Assembly: GCA_002189035.1 (NCBI GenBank)
Contig: CM007990.1
Coordinates: 4,030,001-4,094,000 of the forward strand
Reading direction: 5' to 3'
Origin: Utricularia gibba
Lineage: Eukaryota > Plantae > Magnoliophyta
Length of the DNA stretch: 64,000 nucleotides
Position numbers and translations under genes: made by a program. The first letter of the stretch is position 1, and each line of letters begins with the position of its first letter. Positions 12,901 to 26,351 of this stretch are shown piece after piece. The notes beneath the pieces were generated by a model. The model did not search any database, was not told the DNA's origin, and saw only the letters and a program-made list of their open reading frames with translations.

Positions 12901-14259
12901 CGTTGCGAGGTATGTGTGTTTAGGAGATGAATGCTTCTCATAAAATGTAACAGGAATCCTCCCGTGCGCAATCTGGGGATCATTTTTAGTATTGAGATTA
13001 ATTACTGAAAACACGATCCTTAATATGCAAATCTTCCCTCATATTGGGGTACCTAGTGAGGAATTCATTGACGATTTAAGGAATGGGAGATTTGAGTCGT
13101 TTTTTGTAGCCCATTTCATTGCGTATGAAAAATTTGATTCTAAATTTGAAATTATAACATAGAACAAAATGCTGATTAATACGCAGGGATATTCGTGCCG
13201 TTTAGAAAAGTGGAAATACCACCTTTATCTATACAATTTTATTCAATTTTGCCAATTTTCTAATATATGGGGACACTCCGGTAATGGTGTCGGATTTGAC
13301 TTCCAAGAATGTCGTACATGGAAAAGAAAAAAAAAAGGAATAGTGTGTTGATTAATCATGGCCCACTAGGAAAACAAATGATGAGAGTTCTGACTTCCGG
13401 TAATGTTGTTTTTTGGGAACAAAACTAATCATTAATCTTATTTATCAAATTAATTGTTTTTTGGAAAATACCTACCGCAACTACTACAGGCAAAAGGTCT
13501 GTTTTATATTTGAAATCTTCACCTAAAATACTTTAATACCCGAAAGGCTATTCAAAAAATAATGGTTCCATAATTTGAGTAAATTTTTTCCAAATATGAA
13601 ATATGGCGAACATTGAATAGTTTATGTTGTCAATTGATTCGAGTATTTCTTTGTAAAAACGTCAGTCTACCTATTTATATCTCCATTCTTGTAGTTCATT
13701 TTTTTAACAACCAAAAATTATGAAAATGTGTGATATAATGAATGGTTAAGAAAATTACTCACCATATTTTTAGTGATTTGATTTTCTCAATCGTTTGACG
13801 AATTTAGGCCATGAAATATGATTGGGCCTTTTCAGAAAAAATACTCACTACACCAACCACACTTTGTAAAAGTAACTTCTTCATAAAAGTACTCGTTCTT
13901 TTTTAATGGTGGTGGTGATCGCCATTCCCAATCTTTTGGAACTTAGGTTTAGTTGCATTGGAAAGATATACCTAGGTTTCAATTAGTAAGATATAAATTA
14001 CTCTATCTGGTTTGAAGTTAAACTTGTTTGATTAGCAGGTGTAGGATTTTATTATTTGTGTTTGATTAAAAGGTATTGAAAAGTAATATTAGTGATTTAT
14101 AATATGATTTGATGAAATTATCTTTATTCATAAAAATATAAAAGTTGTTTCATTTGAAAGTGCATCACCCACTGTCGTGTTATATTGAAGTCACTGATGC
14201 ATTTTATGACTCTTCCATTTACAATTTGTGGATTGGATGATGGATCTAGGCAATCGGAA

Positions 14260-14571
14260 AGGAGTAACTCAAAACGGCTATGGCCGACAATGAAAGAGAA
14301 GTATGTTATTCTAGCATTGAAGAAATGCATCGATAAAGGGGTGGAAGATGAACAATGGTTTGTGACTTTGGTTTTAGGGTGGCATTGGAGGATTATGTGC
14401 AAGACTCTTCGTGCAAATACTCACATAAACTCGAAAGTGCGGGGTTGCATAAAGAAGTATTTTGCAGCCATGGACATTTTAAATCGAAATGGGACTGGAT
14501 GGAATCTAACCATGTGCATGATCAATCCTACAAGTGAGGTGCGAGTTGAAATTAGCAAGGTTGGATCGTAG
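14260..14571 (+). pseudogene. Frameshifted Myb/SANT-like domain remnant of PIF/Harbinger type
   Basis: Mixed frames give KRLW..KEKYVILALKKCIDKG(W)KMNNG..GF.VALEDY..THINSKVRG..KKYFAAMDILNRNGTGWN...SEV, matching the Myb/SANT-like accessory protein pattern. No transposase or TIRs found nearby. Confidence 0.55.
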
Positions 14572-15204
14572 ATTGAAAAGGTTTATATAGTATATGATGA
14601 AATTCCTTGTGATTTATGATTATTATAAGTTTTAATTATGTACAGACATACGTATTTAGAATATGGTGGATGGTTGCTATGTGGCTCTTATATGATGGAT
14701 GGTTGGTATAGTTGAAGATCTTAATACATATTGTTCAAATGTATATTATGTGTGCTGCTATATGGTTTATGATGTGATTGTATGTTTTTATCATTGTATT
14801 GATCAAGACAAAGCGTAGTGATTCCAATATGAGAAATAAGAGTTTTTCATTCTATATCTTTTTGATGAAGATAAGGTCATAGGAGATGTAACTTATGCAT
14901 TTAATGAAGATTTAAATCAAATATCTTTTTTAAAACATATAAAGATGGAGTTAGAGAATGACGCTGTCAACACTTTACATCAATGTTTGAATTTCATATA
15001 AACATTGTGTTGCTCATCAATATAACTATTAAAAAATATATAATTTATGAATTTTTAATAAATAAGAATTCAATAAATCGTTTTGTTTGAAAAATAATTA
15101 GATATATCTAATTATTTTATTTGTAAACAAAATTATTCATGAAAAAAAAACATGGACCACTGACCGCCGGGTTTTGATGCGTGCCTGGCCACGGTCCGCC
15201 GTAC

Positions 15205-15215
15205 CACGTGACGTG
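15205..15215 (+). promoter_or_regulatory. Overlapping G-box / ACGT elements (CACGTGACGTG) in a GC-rich patch ~770 bp upstream of KOR
   Basis: Sequence seen directly. Function is inferred from known bZIP/bHLH sites. Confidence 0.4.
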
Positions 15216-15978
15216 CGGCACCCGATGATGCTTGTGGGCGGGCGTACGTGGGTGGGGCATGTTTGGATTTTAAGGCTCTGGGGGTTAATGTGGATTTTTG
15301 AAATTAAGAAGCCCATGAGTATAAAAATGACCTCTCCAAACAAAATCTAATGGATTTTGATTATTGGATTTCGTGAACATGAACCTTGGGATGTATTAGA
15401 AAAATAGGTACCGTACACTTAGTATGTGATAAAAGTGATCACATATATAAAACATTAATTATAATGTGTGAAACATAGAGTCAGTATCGTCAATTTTGTA
15501 AATGGCCACATCAACTCTATAGATCGGGGTTTCCAGAGTTTGACAAGTTGGTTGGGGCAATAAATGAAAAGCCGTTTAAATTTTGGGAGTCTTTCGTAAA
15601 ATACAATTCCGGTGCTTGTCACAAAAGCCAGAAAGAAAGTTCTGCCATTAATATCCATCATCCACAAGAAACAGCTTTTTCTTGGATCCTAAGTCCATGT
15701 TGTTGGCTGCTTTCGTCAACCCAAAGACGACGTGCGCACTGCACTGGGATCAGAATCCAAGATAACCAACATTTAACTAAAAATGATGGCTTACAGCCAT
15801 TCCACACCCTACGCTTCAATTATTGCTTCTCGCTTCCTGTACACCAGCTGGTAGAGACGGAGACCCCCAGCAGCCGTCCCTTGTCAACACCGAATCAAAT
15901 CTACCCGGCCCCATTTGCTAAACACTCTGCTTTTTCCAGCCCCATTTCAGGAATTTTTTGTTTTGGTTGATTGTAAGT

Positions 15979-18346
15979 ATGTACGGGAGGGATCCATGGG
16001 GTGGGCCGTTGGAAATTGCTGCGGATTCCGCGACGGACGATGAGCGGAGCCGGAATTTGCAGGATTACGACAGGGCGGCGCTGTCTCGGCCGCTGGACGA
16101 GACGCAGCAGAGCTGGCTGTTGGGGCCGGCTGGGGAGACGAAGAAGAAGAAGTATGTGGATCTGGGCTGCATTATTGTGAGCAGAAAGATATTTGTATGG
16201 ACTCTAGGAACTATTCTTGTTGCTGGGTTTCTTGCCGGGTTTATCACAATGATCGTGAAACTGGTGCCGCGCCACCAACATCGGCCGCCGCCGCCGGACA
16301 ATTACACGGTGGCGCTCCATAAAGCTTTAATGTTTTTCAATGCCCAGCGCTGTAAGTCGCCTGCCGTACTGATTACCTTTCTTTGATCTCATCAATGGTT
16401 TTTGTGATGTTGACGTTTTGTTTGATCCTCAAAATGGACTTGAAAATGTACGAGAACCATATACGAACAGGGCTAAACTATTGGATCTTTCAGTTGATGT
16501 TGATTGCTTGTTCTCATAACAGCAGGAAAACTACCAAAGCACAACAATGTATCTTGGCGAGGAAACGCGTGTTTAAACGACGGAGAGTCGGATTCGTCGA
16601 TATTGTTTAAGGATTTATCTGGTGGATATTATGATGCTGGAGATGCGATTAAGTTCCATTTCCCGCAAGCTTTTGCAATGACGATGTTGAGCTGGAGTGT
16701 GATAGAATACAGTGCAAAGTATGAGGCTGCTGGAGAGCTTAATCATGTCAAAGATGTTATCAAATGGGGAACTGATTACTTTCTCAAGACTTTCAATTCG
16801 ACTGCTGATCAAATCGACAGATTAGTTGCTCAGGTAATGTGCAAGTTTTCTCATTCGATGTGAGATTTTCAGACGAGATGGCATTGCAGCATATCCTGGC
16901 TTCTGCTTCAGTGATAACATTTGAGCTGTGGAAATACTAACCATCTCATTGGCAGGTCGGAAAAGGGGATACGTCCGGAGGGACTGATCCGAATGATCAC
17001 TACTGTTGGATGCGCCCCGAGAACATCGATTACGAAAGGCCTGTTACTGAATGTCATAGTTGCTCTGATCTTGCTGCTGAAATGGCAGCAGCTTTGGCTT
17101 CAGCATCCATCGTTTTCAAGCAAAACAAAGCTTACTCGCAGAAGCTTGTACATGGCGCCAAGACTCTCTTCAGGTTCTCCAGGGAACAAAGAGGGAGATA
17201 CAGTGCAGGTACTGAGGCAGCAATATTCTACAACTCAACAAGCTACTGGGACGAGTTTCTGTGGGGTTCAACATGGATGTACTACGCTACGGGCAATTCC
17301 TCCTACCTGCAGCTCGGTACGAACCCTCGCCTCGCAAAGCATGCTGGAGCATTCTGGGGAGGGCCGTACTATGGTGTATTAAGCTGGGACAATAAGTTGC
17401 CCGGAGCTCAGGTATGTGCTATTACCAGTTCTGTCATAGTGGTTTCAATGGAAACAAACGCTTGTCAGTCATGCTGGTTTCTTCTGCTGTAGTTGCTTCT
17501 CACTCGAATGCGATTGTTCTTGAACCCTGGATATCCCTACGAAGAGATCTTGAGAACTTTTCACAACCAGACAAGCATTTACATGTGCTCCTTCCTGCCA
17601 TATTTCGCATCATTCAACAGGACAAATGGTAAGCAATCCTTCACTTCTCCGGCCACCGATCAGTAGCATGTTAACCGTTCTTTCAATGTCGAGCAGGAGG
17701 GATGATTCAGCTGAATCACGGAGCACCTCAGCCTCTTCAGTATGTGGTGAATGCTGCTTTCCTAGCCACGCTATTCAGCGACTATATGCGAGCAGGCGAT
17801 ATCCCGGGCTGGTATTGCGGTCCTCATTTCTACTCCACCGACGTCCTCCGTGAATTCGCTCAGACGCAGGTTGGTACCTTAAGCTCGTTTATCTTCGGCA
17901 ATCGCCTGGGTTGAAATCTTGCATTTTATTGATCGTGTGTTGCATAGCTCAACTACATCCTCGGTCAAAATCCAAGACGGATGAGCTACATTGTTGGGTA
18001 CGGCGATCATTACCCGAGACATGTGCACCACCGTGGCGCCTCCATCCCGAAAAACAGCAAGTCCACCTGCACGGGAGGATGGAAATGGAGGGACACCCCG
18101 AAGCCCAATCCCAACGTCATAGTCGGTGCCATGGTTGGCGGCCCCGATAGACATGACGGATTCCATGATGTTCGTAAAAACTACAACTACACAGAGCCAA
18201 CCCTCGCCGGGAACTCCGGGCTGGTCGCCGCACTTGTGGCTCTGTCCGGCGATTCCACAGTTGGAATTGACAGAAACACCATCTTCTCGTCCATTCCACC
18301 GTTCTCTCCGACACCTCCGCCGCCCCCTGCACCATGGAAGCCATAG
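15979..18346 (+). CDS. KOR1: KORRIGAN membrane-anchored endo-1,4-beta-glucanase (GH9 class A), ~615 aa
   Basis: Exons 15979-16351, 16523-16833, 16956-17411, 17493-17628, 17697-17869 and 17948-18346, all GT-AG and in frame. [13 protein letters not shown] start, WLLGP and YVDLGC sorting signals, TM helix, [32 protein letters not shown] and a Pro-rich tail. Confidence 0.97.
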
Positions 18347-18554
18347 AATGACATACACCTGTTCTGCTCACATCGGATCCATAGTCTGTTAACTAGCTTC
18401 AGAAGCCTTGGCGGAGATAGGAAGGATAAGCATTTACAAGTTGCTGTAACGACTGTCACCTGCTCATTTATATCCATAAAATTGTTGGACATGCAGGAAT
18501 TATTGTTTTATTTAGTACAAACATGTCGTTCACATTGCAATGAGCTGCGTTCGG

Positions 18555-19957
18555 TTAGAGCATCCCTCTTGCTTCAAGGCATGACACAGTGTCCTTAACA
18601 GCAATATCAACAGGAGTAAAACTGAAGCCCAGATCAATCAGCTTCCTTGCAGCATTCCTGCATGACACCAGCCCCGGCTGTGTTTCTCCAGTGAACCTGC
18701 AAAATTTTTCGACTGCTTTATTGAGATGATTCTATCAAACAAAATAAAAAATGATGGCAATCAAAACATTGCTTTATGCATTACAAGCAGCAGAATGCAT
18801 AGAATGACAAGGGAGACCTGTGAACCGGATATCCTGGAAAGAGATTCGACACTTTCTCTGCAAACTCACTGAACTGATAGATCCCATTGGTGCATAGATA
18901 CCTCACTGATGCCTTGGAAGATTCAAAGAGTAGTAGTTGTGCCTTAGCTACGTCTTGCACATGGATGACACCCAACCAGTAGTGCTCTTGTGGGTCTTGA
19001 GATCCATGAAGTAGTTGCTGCAGGATTGAAGAGCTGCAATTTAATCCTGGTTGCAAAAGTCCTCCAAGACATGTTGTAGGGTTTATTGCCACAACATCCA
19101 AATCGTTTTCCTTGGCAAATTCCCAGGCTGCTTTCTCCGCCAAAGTCTTTGAGATTGCATACCACGCCTATAAGATGAATAAAATGAAATATTTCAACAG
19201 TATAGCGATCCAGAAGCCCTCATGAAAAGTGACCATATTACAAGATTATGCATGCTTTCAACTTTGAAGATCCATCATTCAACCTCCACACAATGATGAT
19301 GTAATATTTGTAAACAATGCAATGCTCAAATACTCTCTAACGACTCTATCATATCAAATAAATCAGCGAACAAAATGTTTTCAAATATGTAGAAAAAATG
19401 TGAGCAACATATCATGATCATTACTGAAGGGGATTCAAAAGAAAAGACCTTGCGAGATCTGCAGAAGTCAATATCAGTCCAGGAAGATTCATCAACCACC
19501 TTGCCGCTTGGCCAGCCAGGATTAGGCACCATAGCAGACATGGAGGACGTGAGCACAACGCGGCGCACACCGATCTTCTTTGCAGCGGTGAGAACATTGA
19601 GAGTGCCCTTTACAGCAGGCTCCAGCAACTCCTTCTCCGGATCAACCGGATCCAAGAGCGTGCAAGGCGACGCAAGATGGAAAACCCCACCTCCGCTACA
19701 ACCCGCCAACGCTCTTTCAATGGCGTCGGCGTCTAGGAGGTTAGCTTCGTGCACGATCAGTTCCACCGCAGGGTGGGTAGCGCCGGGGAGGGAGAAGAGG
19801 TGAGTCGAGTTTGTCCCTGGTTCAATAGACAGGTGGACCTTGGTGTAGCCATTCTCCAAAAGAGTCTTCACTACCCATGAGCCGATGAAGCCGTTGGCCC
19901 CTGTGACACACACGGGGGTTTCACGGCGGTGTTGGGTATAGCTGATTGGTCCGCCAT
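18555..19957 (-). CDS. Cinnamoyl-CoA reductase-like NAD(P)-dependent oxidoreductase, with a frame problem at the N-terminus
   Basis: Exons ~19957/19973-19449, 19167-18818 and 18696-18555. Motifs VCVTGANGFIGSW, GVFHLASP, WYAISKTLAEKAAWEF and HVQDVAKA. The nearest ATG (19957) is out of frame with the domain. An upstream exon is predicted at 20050-20126. Confidence 0.85.
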
Positions 19958-21835
19958 TGAAGCCCTGTTTCCTCTGTATGAGAATCAAAACTCAGAGGCA
20001 TTACACCGAACAGAGCATGGCCATTTCATTGGGACAAAATAAAATTTACCTGAAACTCTGAGCCTGGAGCTGTGAAGAAGAATCCGGGAAATCGGTGGTT
20101 TCAGATAAACCAGCTGATCGATCCATGAACTACTAAATCCCTTGTCCACTCAATCAATATACTTTTTTGTATTTCTTTTTTCTACCAGCACAATATTCAG
20201 AAACTGTATCATAAGTTTAACGAGATTTTGCAAAAATAAGACACTTTTAGAAATTATAATTTATTAAAGTGATTTTATATAATTTTTTAGATTACAATTT
20301 TTATCTATTTTATAGAAAAATTAGAAATTCTGATTTCAAGATTAACTTCAAAATTATCAAATTCCATTTTGATGATTAAATAAAAAATTACAATATTTAT
20401 TTTTTAAGTAACCAAAAATATATTTATATCTTCATAATATATTTGATAATAATTTAGTCTATCAAATTCTAAAATATAACTTTGTTATATTTCAAAAAAT
20501 ATTTTTATAATATGAAAACAGCTATGTTTACAAAATTTTAAAATTAATTATATTCTAAATAATTTAAACACATGGATTAAATATTATAATATTTGTATAT
20601 TTTGGATTCAATCTTTTTTCTTTTTTAAATCGACGAAGAGGTAGAGATAATACTTCCAATTTTTATTGCCATTGAGAATTTCCTTCTTTTTGATGATGAA
20701 ATCTTATTTGCCATGAATTTTTCTCATTAGAGGAAGGTTTCTTATTTTCTCCATTCATGTTTTGACATTCTTCCTAAATTGAGTCTTCAAGGATGAGTTC
20801 TTTTGAATCAATTTTATTATATTCTATCTCCATTTGAGTCATGTGTTTGAATGACCATCATATTGATGTTTCATCACACACCACATTTCTTGATGTATAC
20901 ATGTGCCCATTAGTTAGATCATTACCAACAAGTATGCATTGTATTGCTTTCTTGTTGAATTTTGTTTAGAGATGATTAGGGACAAAGATATAGCATACAC
21001 ATCCAAATGTTCTAAAGTGTCCAATTGTGGGTTTTATTTTCTATAATTTTTGAAGCGATGAATAATATGAGTTTATGTCTTCATACTCTCAGCCCAAAAG
21101 CACTCGGGCATGTTCATGGCATGGAGCATATTCTAATATATCTCAATAATATGTCAATTTTTTTTCTGCTATTCCATTCTATTGTGAAGTGTTCGTGCAA
21201 TTTAGTTATCTTCAAATATTATGACTTCTTATTCCATGCCATTATCAATGTGGATAATTCATTCATTTATGTCACTCTCAACCTACTCTTTGAACTCCTT
21301 GAAATTAGCAAACGTCTGTGATTTTTCCTTCATAAAATCTATTTATACGTACCTTGAAAAATCATCAATAAACGTTACCATATATTTCATTCCTTGATAG
21401 GCCCAAAAATGTCAGAATGGATAAGTTCCAATGACTCATTTGCTCGAAACTTAAATTTCTTGAATGACAATTGATGAGCTTCCTAAATTGACATCCTGCA
21501 TACACTACGTTAATTGGAATAACTATCTTAGACAATCCCTTCACCATTGATTTCTTTATCATTACTTTGCACTTATGATAGTTCACATGATCCAAATGAG
21601 CATGCCAAAGAGTTGGAGTCTCATTTTTTCGACTCTTGTCCACATAAGCTGGATCTATCGACATCACATAAATAAACTCATTTTTTTCTTCCATATAGTT
21701 ATGTCTATTACTTTTAGTTCTTGGTATACTTCGACTTTATGGGACCCAAACACAACATAGTTACCTTGATCCATTACCTTTGAAATGAACAGAAAATTCT
21801 TCTTCATTCTTAGAACATGATAGACTCTCTGTAGA

Positions 21836-24800
21836 TAGAGGTGTAATCAAGCCGAGTCGGGTCGAGTTTTTGGTGTGCCCGACTTGACTCGGCCAACTTT
21901 ACATCGAGCTCGAGTTTGGCTTGAGCTCGGACCGAGCCTACCAACCTGTGCTCGAGTAGGCTCGAGGCTCGGCTCACACTCGAGGTGGATCAAGTGTGGC
22001 TTGAGTTCCAACAGGCTAGGTCTCCATCAGACATGTAATAATGCTGCACATGTCTCCGTCATAGATGTAATAATGCTGCACACATCTCTAGAGTTAATTG
22101 GCTATCTAGGCCTCTGCAGAAAAACTCTTTGCTAAATGACCCTATTTGACAAACCTTAGTTAAATGGTGCTATTTTATGTAGTTATTAGATAAATAGTTT
22201 TACTTTTATTATAAATAATAAAATAAAATAATTATTATTTACGAAAAATACAATATTTATGTATATATAATAAATATAATTTTATATTAATTAATATTTT
22301 TATTTCTACTCAAATTAGATATATTTAATTATGTAGTTTTAAAAATATAACATAAATATCAATATGAATATTTAGTAGTTATATTAAAAATGTTTTCATA
22401 ATAAATTAATATAAAAAAGACATGAAAATATTTATACAAAATTATTATAGTAAATACTTTTAAATTAATTTATTTAACCCCAAAATATGTTACGTTACGT
22501 CGCCTAATGATATAATTAATACACAATAATATTTCTCAATGTTTTTTTTAAAACATTAAATATGAAAAATTTATTAATCAATATTTTTATCTATTTAGTA
22601 TAATATTCAATCTTATACCTAATTTATTAAGTTATTTGATTAATAGATTTTCACATTTAGTTTTTTTAAAAAAATTAGAAATATTATTATGTATTAATTA
22701 TATTATTAGACGATGTATCAAAACATATTTTTGAATTAAATAAATTCAATTGAAACATTTGATATAATGATTTTTTATACTAAGAAAACCAACATTATCA
22801 CGAAATTACCTATAATACAAAAAAATGGTTTCATGATAATTATACAAATTAATCAGTGAATTATAACAACAATTAATATCACGAAAAAAAATTCATTAGA
22901 TTATGAAAACATTTTTAGGATAATTACAAAATAGTCATATTGATATATATGTTATATTTTTACAATTAAATATACCTAATTTTAGTATAAATAAAAATAT
23001 AAAATAAAAATATTAATTATAAAAAATTATATATATACACATGTAATGTGTATTTAATTTTATTTTATTATTTTTTGTAATAATATTTATTTTATTCTTT
23101 ATTTATGATAAAAGTAAGGCTATTTACCTAATACCTACATAAAGTAAGGTCATTTAGCTAAGGTCTGCCAAATAATACCATTTAGCCAAGAGTTTTTTTT
23201 GCAGAGGCCTATATTTCCAATTCACCCCACTTCTCTACACTCTATCTATATGCATTAATTAATGCCGCAAACCGATATCATAAAAATACATGGAATGCTG
23301 CTGTTTTTTATTGTAAAAAAAGGTATGAATTAAGAATAAAATAAGTGAATACAAAAGAATTTGATTACGTCAACAAAAAGCCTCTCAATTATGCAAACTA
23401 ACACCACAAATAAAGTTATTCAATGCTCATAAATCACTATTCCTGACATCACTATTATCCTCATCAAAATATTGCCATCGTCCACCCCCAATCTCTTAGC
23501 ACCAAACCAACCTGAAACTCAAATTCAGTAATTGTTCAGCATTGATAGCACCAAAGAACTTGATATGGAATGAAAAATAAAAACTCTCATAAATAAGGTT
23601 TTTCTTCAATTTGAATAAAATGAGTTGAACATTATTAGAATAAAAAATAATGCTATTGATATGGAATGAAAAATAAAAACTCTCATATCGATTTAAATTT
23701 TTTGATGCCATGAAGATGACGACCCCAATCATTGCCAGATAAAAGAACTTGAATAATCTCTTTTGACAAAGAAGTACAATATGGATCAAGAACCCATTCT
23801 CAAATACCAAAAGTTGATTCCGATGAAATCGTAGTAGAAGGAATAGATAAAAATATCACATAACATGCATGATAATATTTTGTATTTCAGTTCATTTGCC
23901 TTCATTCACTGCAGCACATCAAATTTTAAGGATTCTTCTTCACTTTTAGCTCAAAACAGTGTTTCTTCCAAGTAAAACTCTAGTTCAGATTTTTTTGGTT
24001 GGAGACTTTCTGAAAACTCCATAAATTGATTAAATTCAGGCCATCCAATGAATACTTGACTGTCTAATTATGAAATATTAGAAAAAGAGCCAATTAAATT
24101 AAAATTTGGCATATCATTTAAGTCCTTCATAGCTCTATACTCATTCAATAAATCTTTAACTTATTACGAACTTGAAAAATATTTTGGGAACATTCTTCTT
24201 TTGAGTAAAGGGTAGAAAATGTAAATTTAATCATTTTCATCTTGAATCTAGGATCTAAAATTGCAGTAATAGATATCACTAAATTGCATTCTTTCCCATA
24301 TTTATCAAACTTGTCTTTCATTTTGACAATCATATCGCGTAAGTACTTTGCATCATCATCTTCATGACTAATTAAGACCTCTTTAATCCTCCGAATAACA
24401 GCAAGAAACTTGTTAGATGTGATGTAGTCCGTCCTTGATATCATCTTAATAGCCTCATACAAAGCTTTCAAAATTTTTGCAATCTTGTCATTTTTTTCCC
24501 AATCTTGATGTGATGGATAAGAAATAAATTCAAGATTCATTTATGCAAAAATAGGAAAGACATTTGTACTTTGAAGCCACAATCTACATTTCATATATAG
24601 AATTCCAATGGGTTGGACAATCATAGATCAATTTTCTAGTAGCCAATTTCATCTGATGAATGATTCTAGAAAACTTGTTAAATCTTACTTTTTATTCTGT
24701 GATATATCGTACACTATCTTTGATTGCTTGAATGACATTTTTGATCCTCGACAATTCATCTTGAACAATCAAATTTAAAATGTGAGCAGTACACCTAATA

Positions 24801-26351
24801 TAAAACATTTTCCCCCCTAAAGGCAAGCTACGAAAACCTGAAAAAATTTCTCTTAATATCCGAATTATCACATCATTTGCTGAAGCATTATCAACAACAA
24901 TAGAGAATACTTTTTCTCCAATTTCTCAATCTCTAATGTATCGACTCATTGATTCAACAATTTCTATTCCGGAATGTGGAGGGGGATATCAATAAAATCA
25001 AATAAACATTTTTTAAGCTTTCAATCAAACACAAAATGACCCGTAACACACATATAAGATATCCCTTATGATGAGTATTTCGATATATCAGTGGTAAGAG
25101 AAATATTTCTCAACCTCTTCAAAAGTATTTTCAATTTATTCTTTTCTTTCTCGTACACAACCACGCAATTATTTTTAGCTCTATCTCAAAATATCTTTGT
25201 ATAACCAGGTAATTGAAGTTTAATCATAAATATTAATCATTTTTCTTCAACCACACTAAAGGCCTTTTCATGCATAAGTATCCAGAGTGCCACAACTTTA
25301 CATTGTCTTTCATGATTATATGCACCACTTGAATGATGGATCTTTTCACTTTAGACTCCATTGGTTGAAGATTTAACTTTCTTTGATTCTTAAAAAAAAT
25401 GTTCTAGCTGAAAATGTGTTTTCCAAATGTCTTTTCAAGTAGTTGATTGACTTTTTTATATATTCAAATTTCTGTTATAATGCATATACTTGGAAATATA
25501 TAGGTAAAGTATTTTCCTCAAACTCCTTCCACACTGCAGAAGTTTTTTTTTCTTTTCCTCTCTTTGAAATGATCATCTTCATCACCCTCTTTTTCTTCCT
25601 CAGGTGCGATAACATCATCATCTATGTGAATTTCTTCGTGTTTGGCATCAATACTTAATAATTCCTCTAAACCAAGGTTTCAGGATCCACCTTCCTCCAT
25701 ATTTCTGAATTTTTTTCCATCTAAATTCTATAGAATAAAATCTTGATATAATTAACAAAAGGATTAAAAAATATATAATACAACAATTCAAAAACTTAAG
25801 CAATACAAAAAATAAGAAACTTAAGTAATACAATAATTCAAAAATGATTTGTAATCTAAAAAAGATTTCTAATGATTTTCATAATCCAAATATTCAGTAA
25901 TTTAGTAATACATTTGATTAGAGAACAATTAAAATCCGAATCATGCATCTGAAACAAAAAAAAATATAAGCACTTAACAAAAAATGCATGTAAATACATA
26001 AAATTTATGCTAAATATAGTTAATGTAAATAAATAAAAAAATCTGATATAACTCATCAATACCCTTGTTATCAATTGTCGTAGCATGAAAGGTTTCATTA
26101 CTTAAATAATAAAATCTGATAGATTAGGATTTCTTACACATATCTAAAGCTTAAACCATTTAATTACCAGGGCCGGGCCTTGAGTCATCAAGCCGAGCCC
26201 ATGCTTGATTGTGCTCGACCCGATTATGTGTATCGAGCTTGGTTGGTGGATCGAGCTTGGGCTTGGGCTCATGCAATTCAAACTCGGGCTGAGTCTTTAT
26301 CGAGCCGAGCTTTGAGCTGCTTGATTAAGGCCCAGCTCGATTGCACCCCTA
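21836..26351 (-). mobile_element. hAT DNA transposon with decayed BED-finger transposase
   Basis: TIRs TAGAGGTGTAATCAAGCCGAG and the reverse complement of TAGGGGTGCAATCGAGC. CCGAG/CTCGAG subterminal repeats. 8-bp TSD TCTGTAGA/TTTGTAGA. Transposase motifs on the minus strand (CPTHWNSIYEM, AHILNLIVQD, AILDPRFKMK, FDVLQ..KANELKYKILS) span about 23700-25560. Confidence 0.9.
22091..23227. mobile_element. Non-autonomous Mutator-like foldback element
   Basis: Long TIRs begin GAGTTAATTGG..AGGCCTCTGCAGAAAAACTC and mirror at 23100-23227. TSD CACATCTCTA (22081-22090) / CACTTCTCTA (23228-23237). No coding capacity. Confidence 0.85.

Noticed and set aside
12901-13014. N-terminal extension of the 176-aa ORF
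   Set aside because: Non-ATG start. The signal peptide begins at the ATG at 12900.
21836-22020. Short CCGAG/CTCGAG repeat clusters that look array-like
   Set aside because: These are hAT subterminal repeats. There is no regular repeat-spacer structure, so this is not CRISPR.
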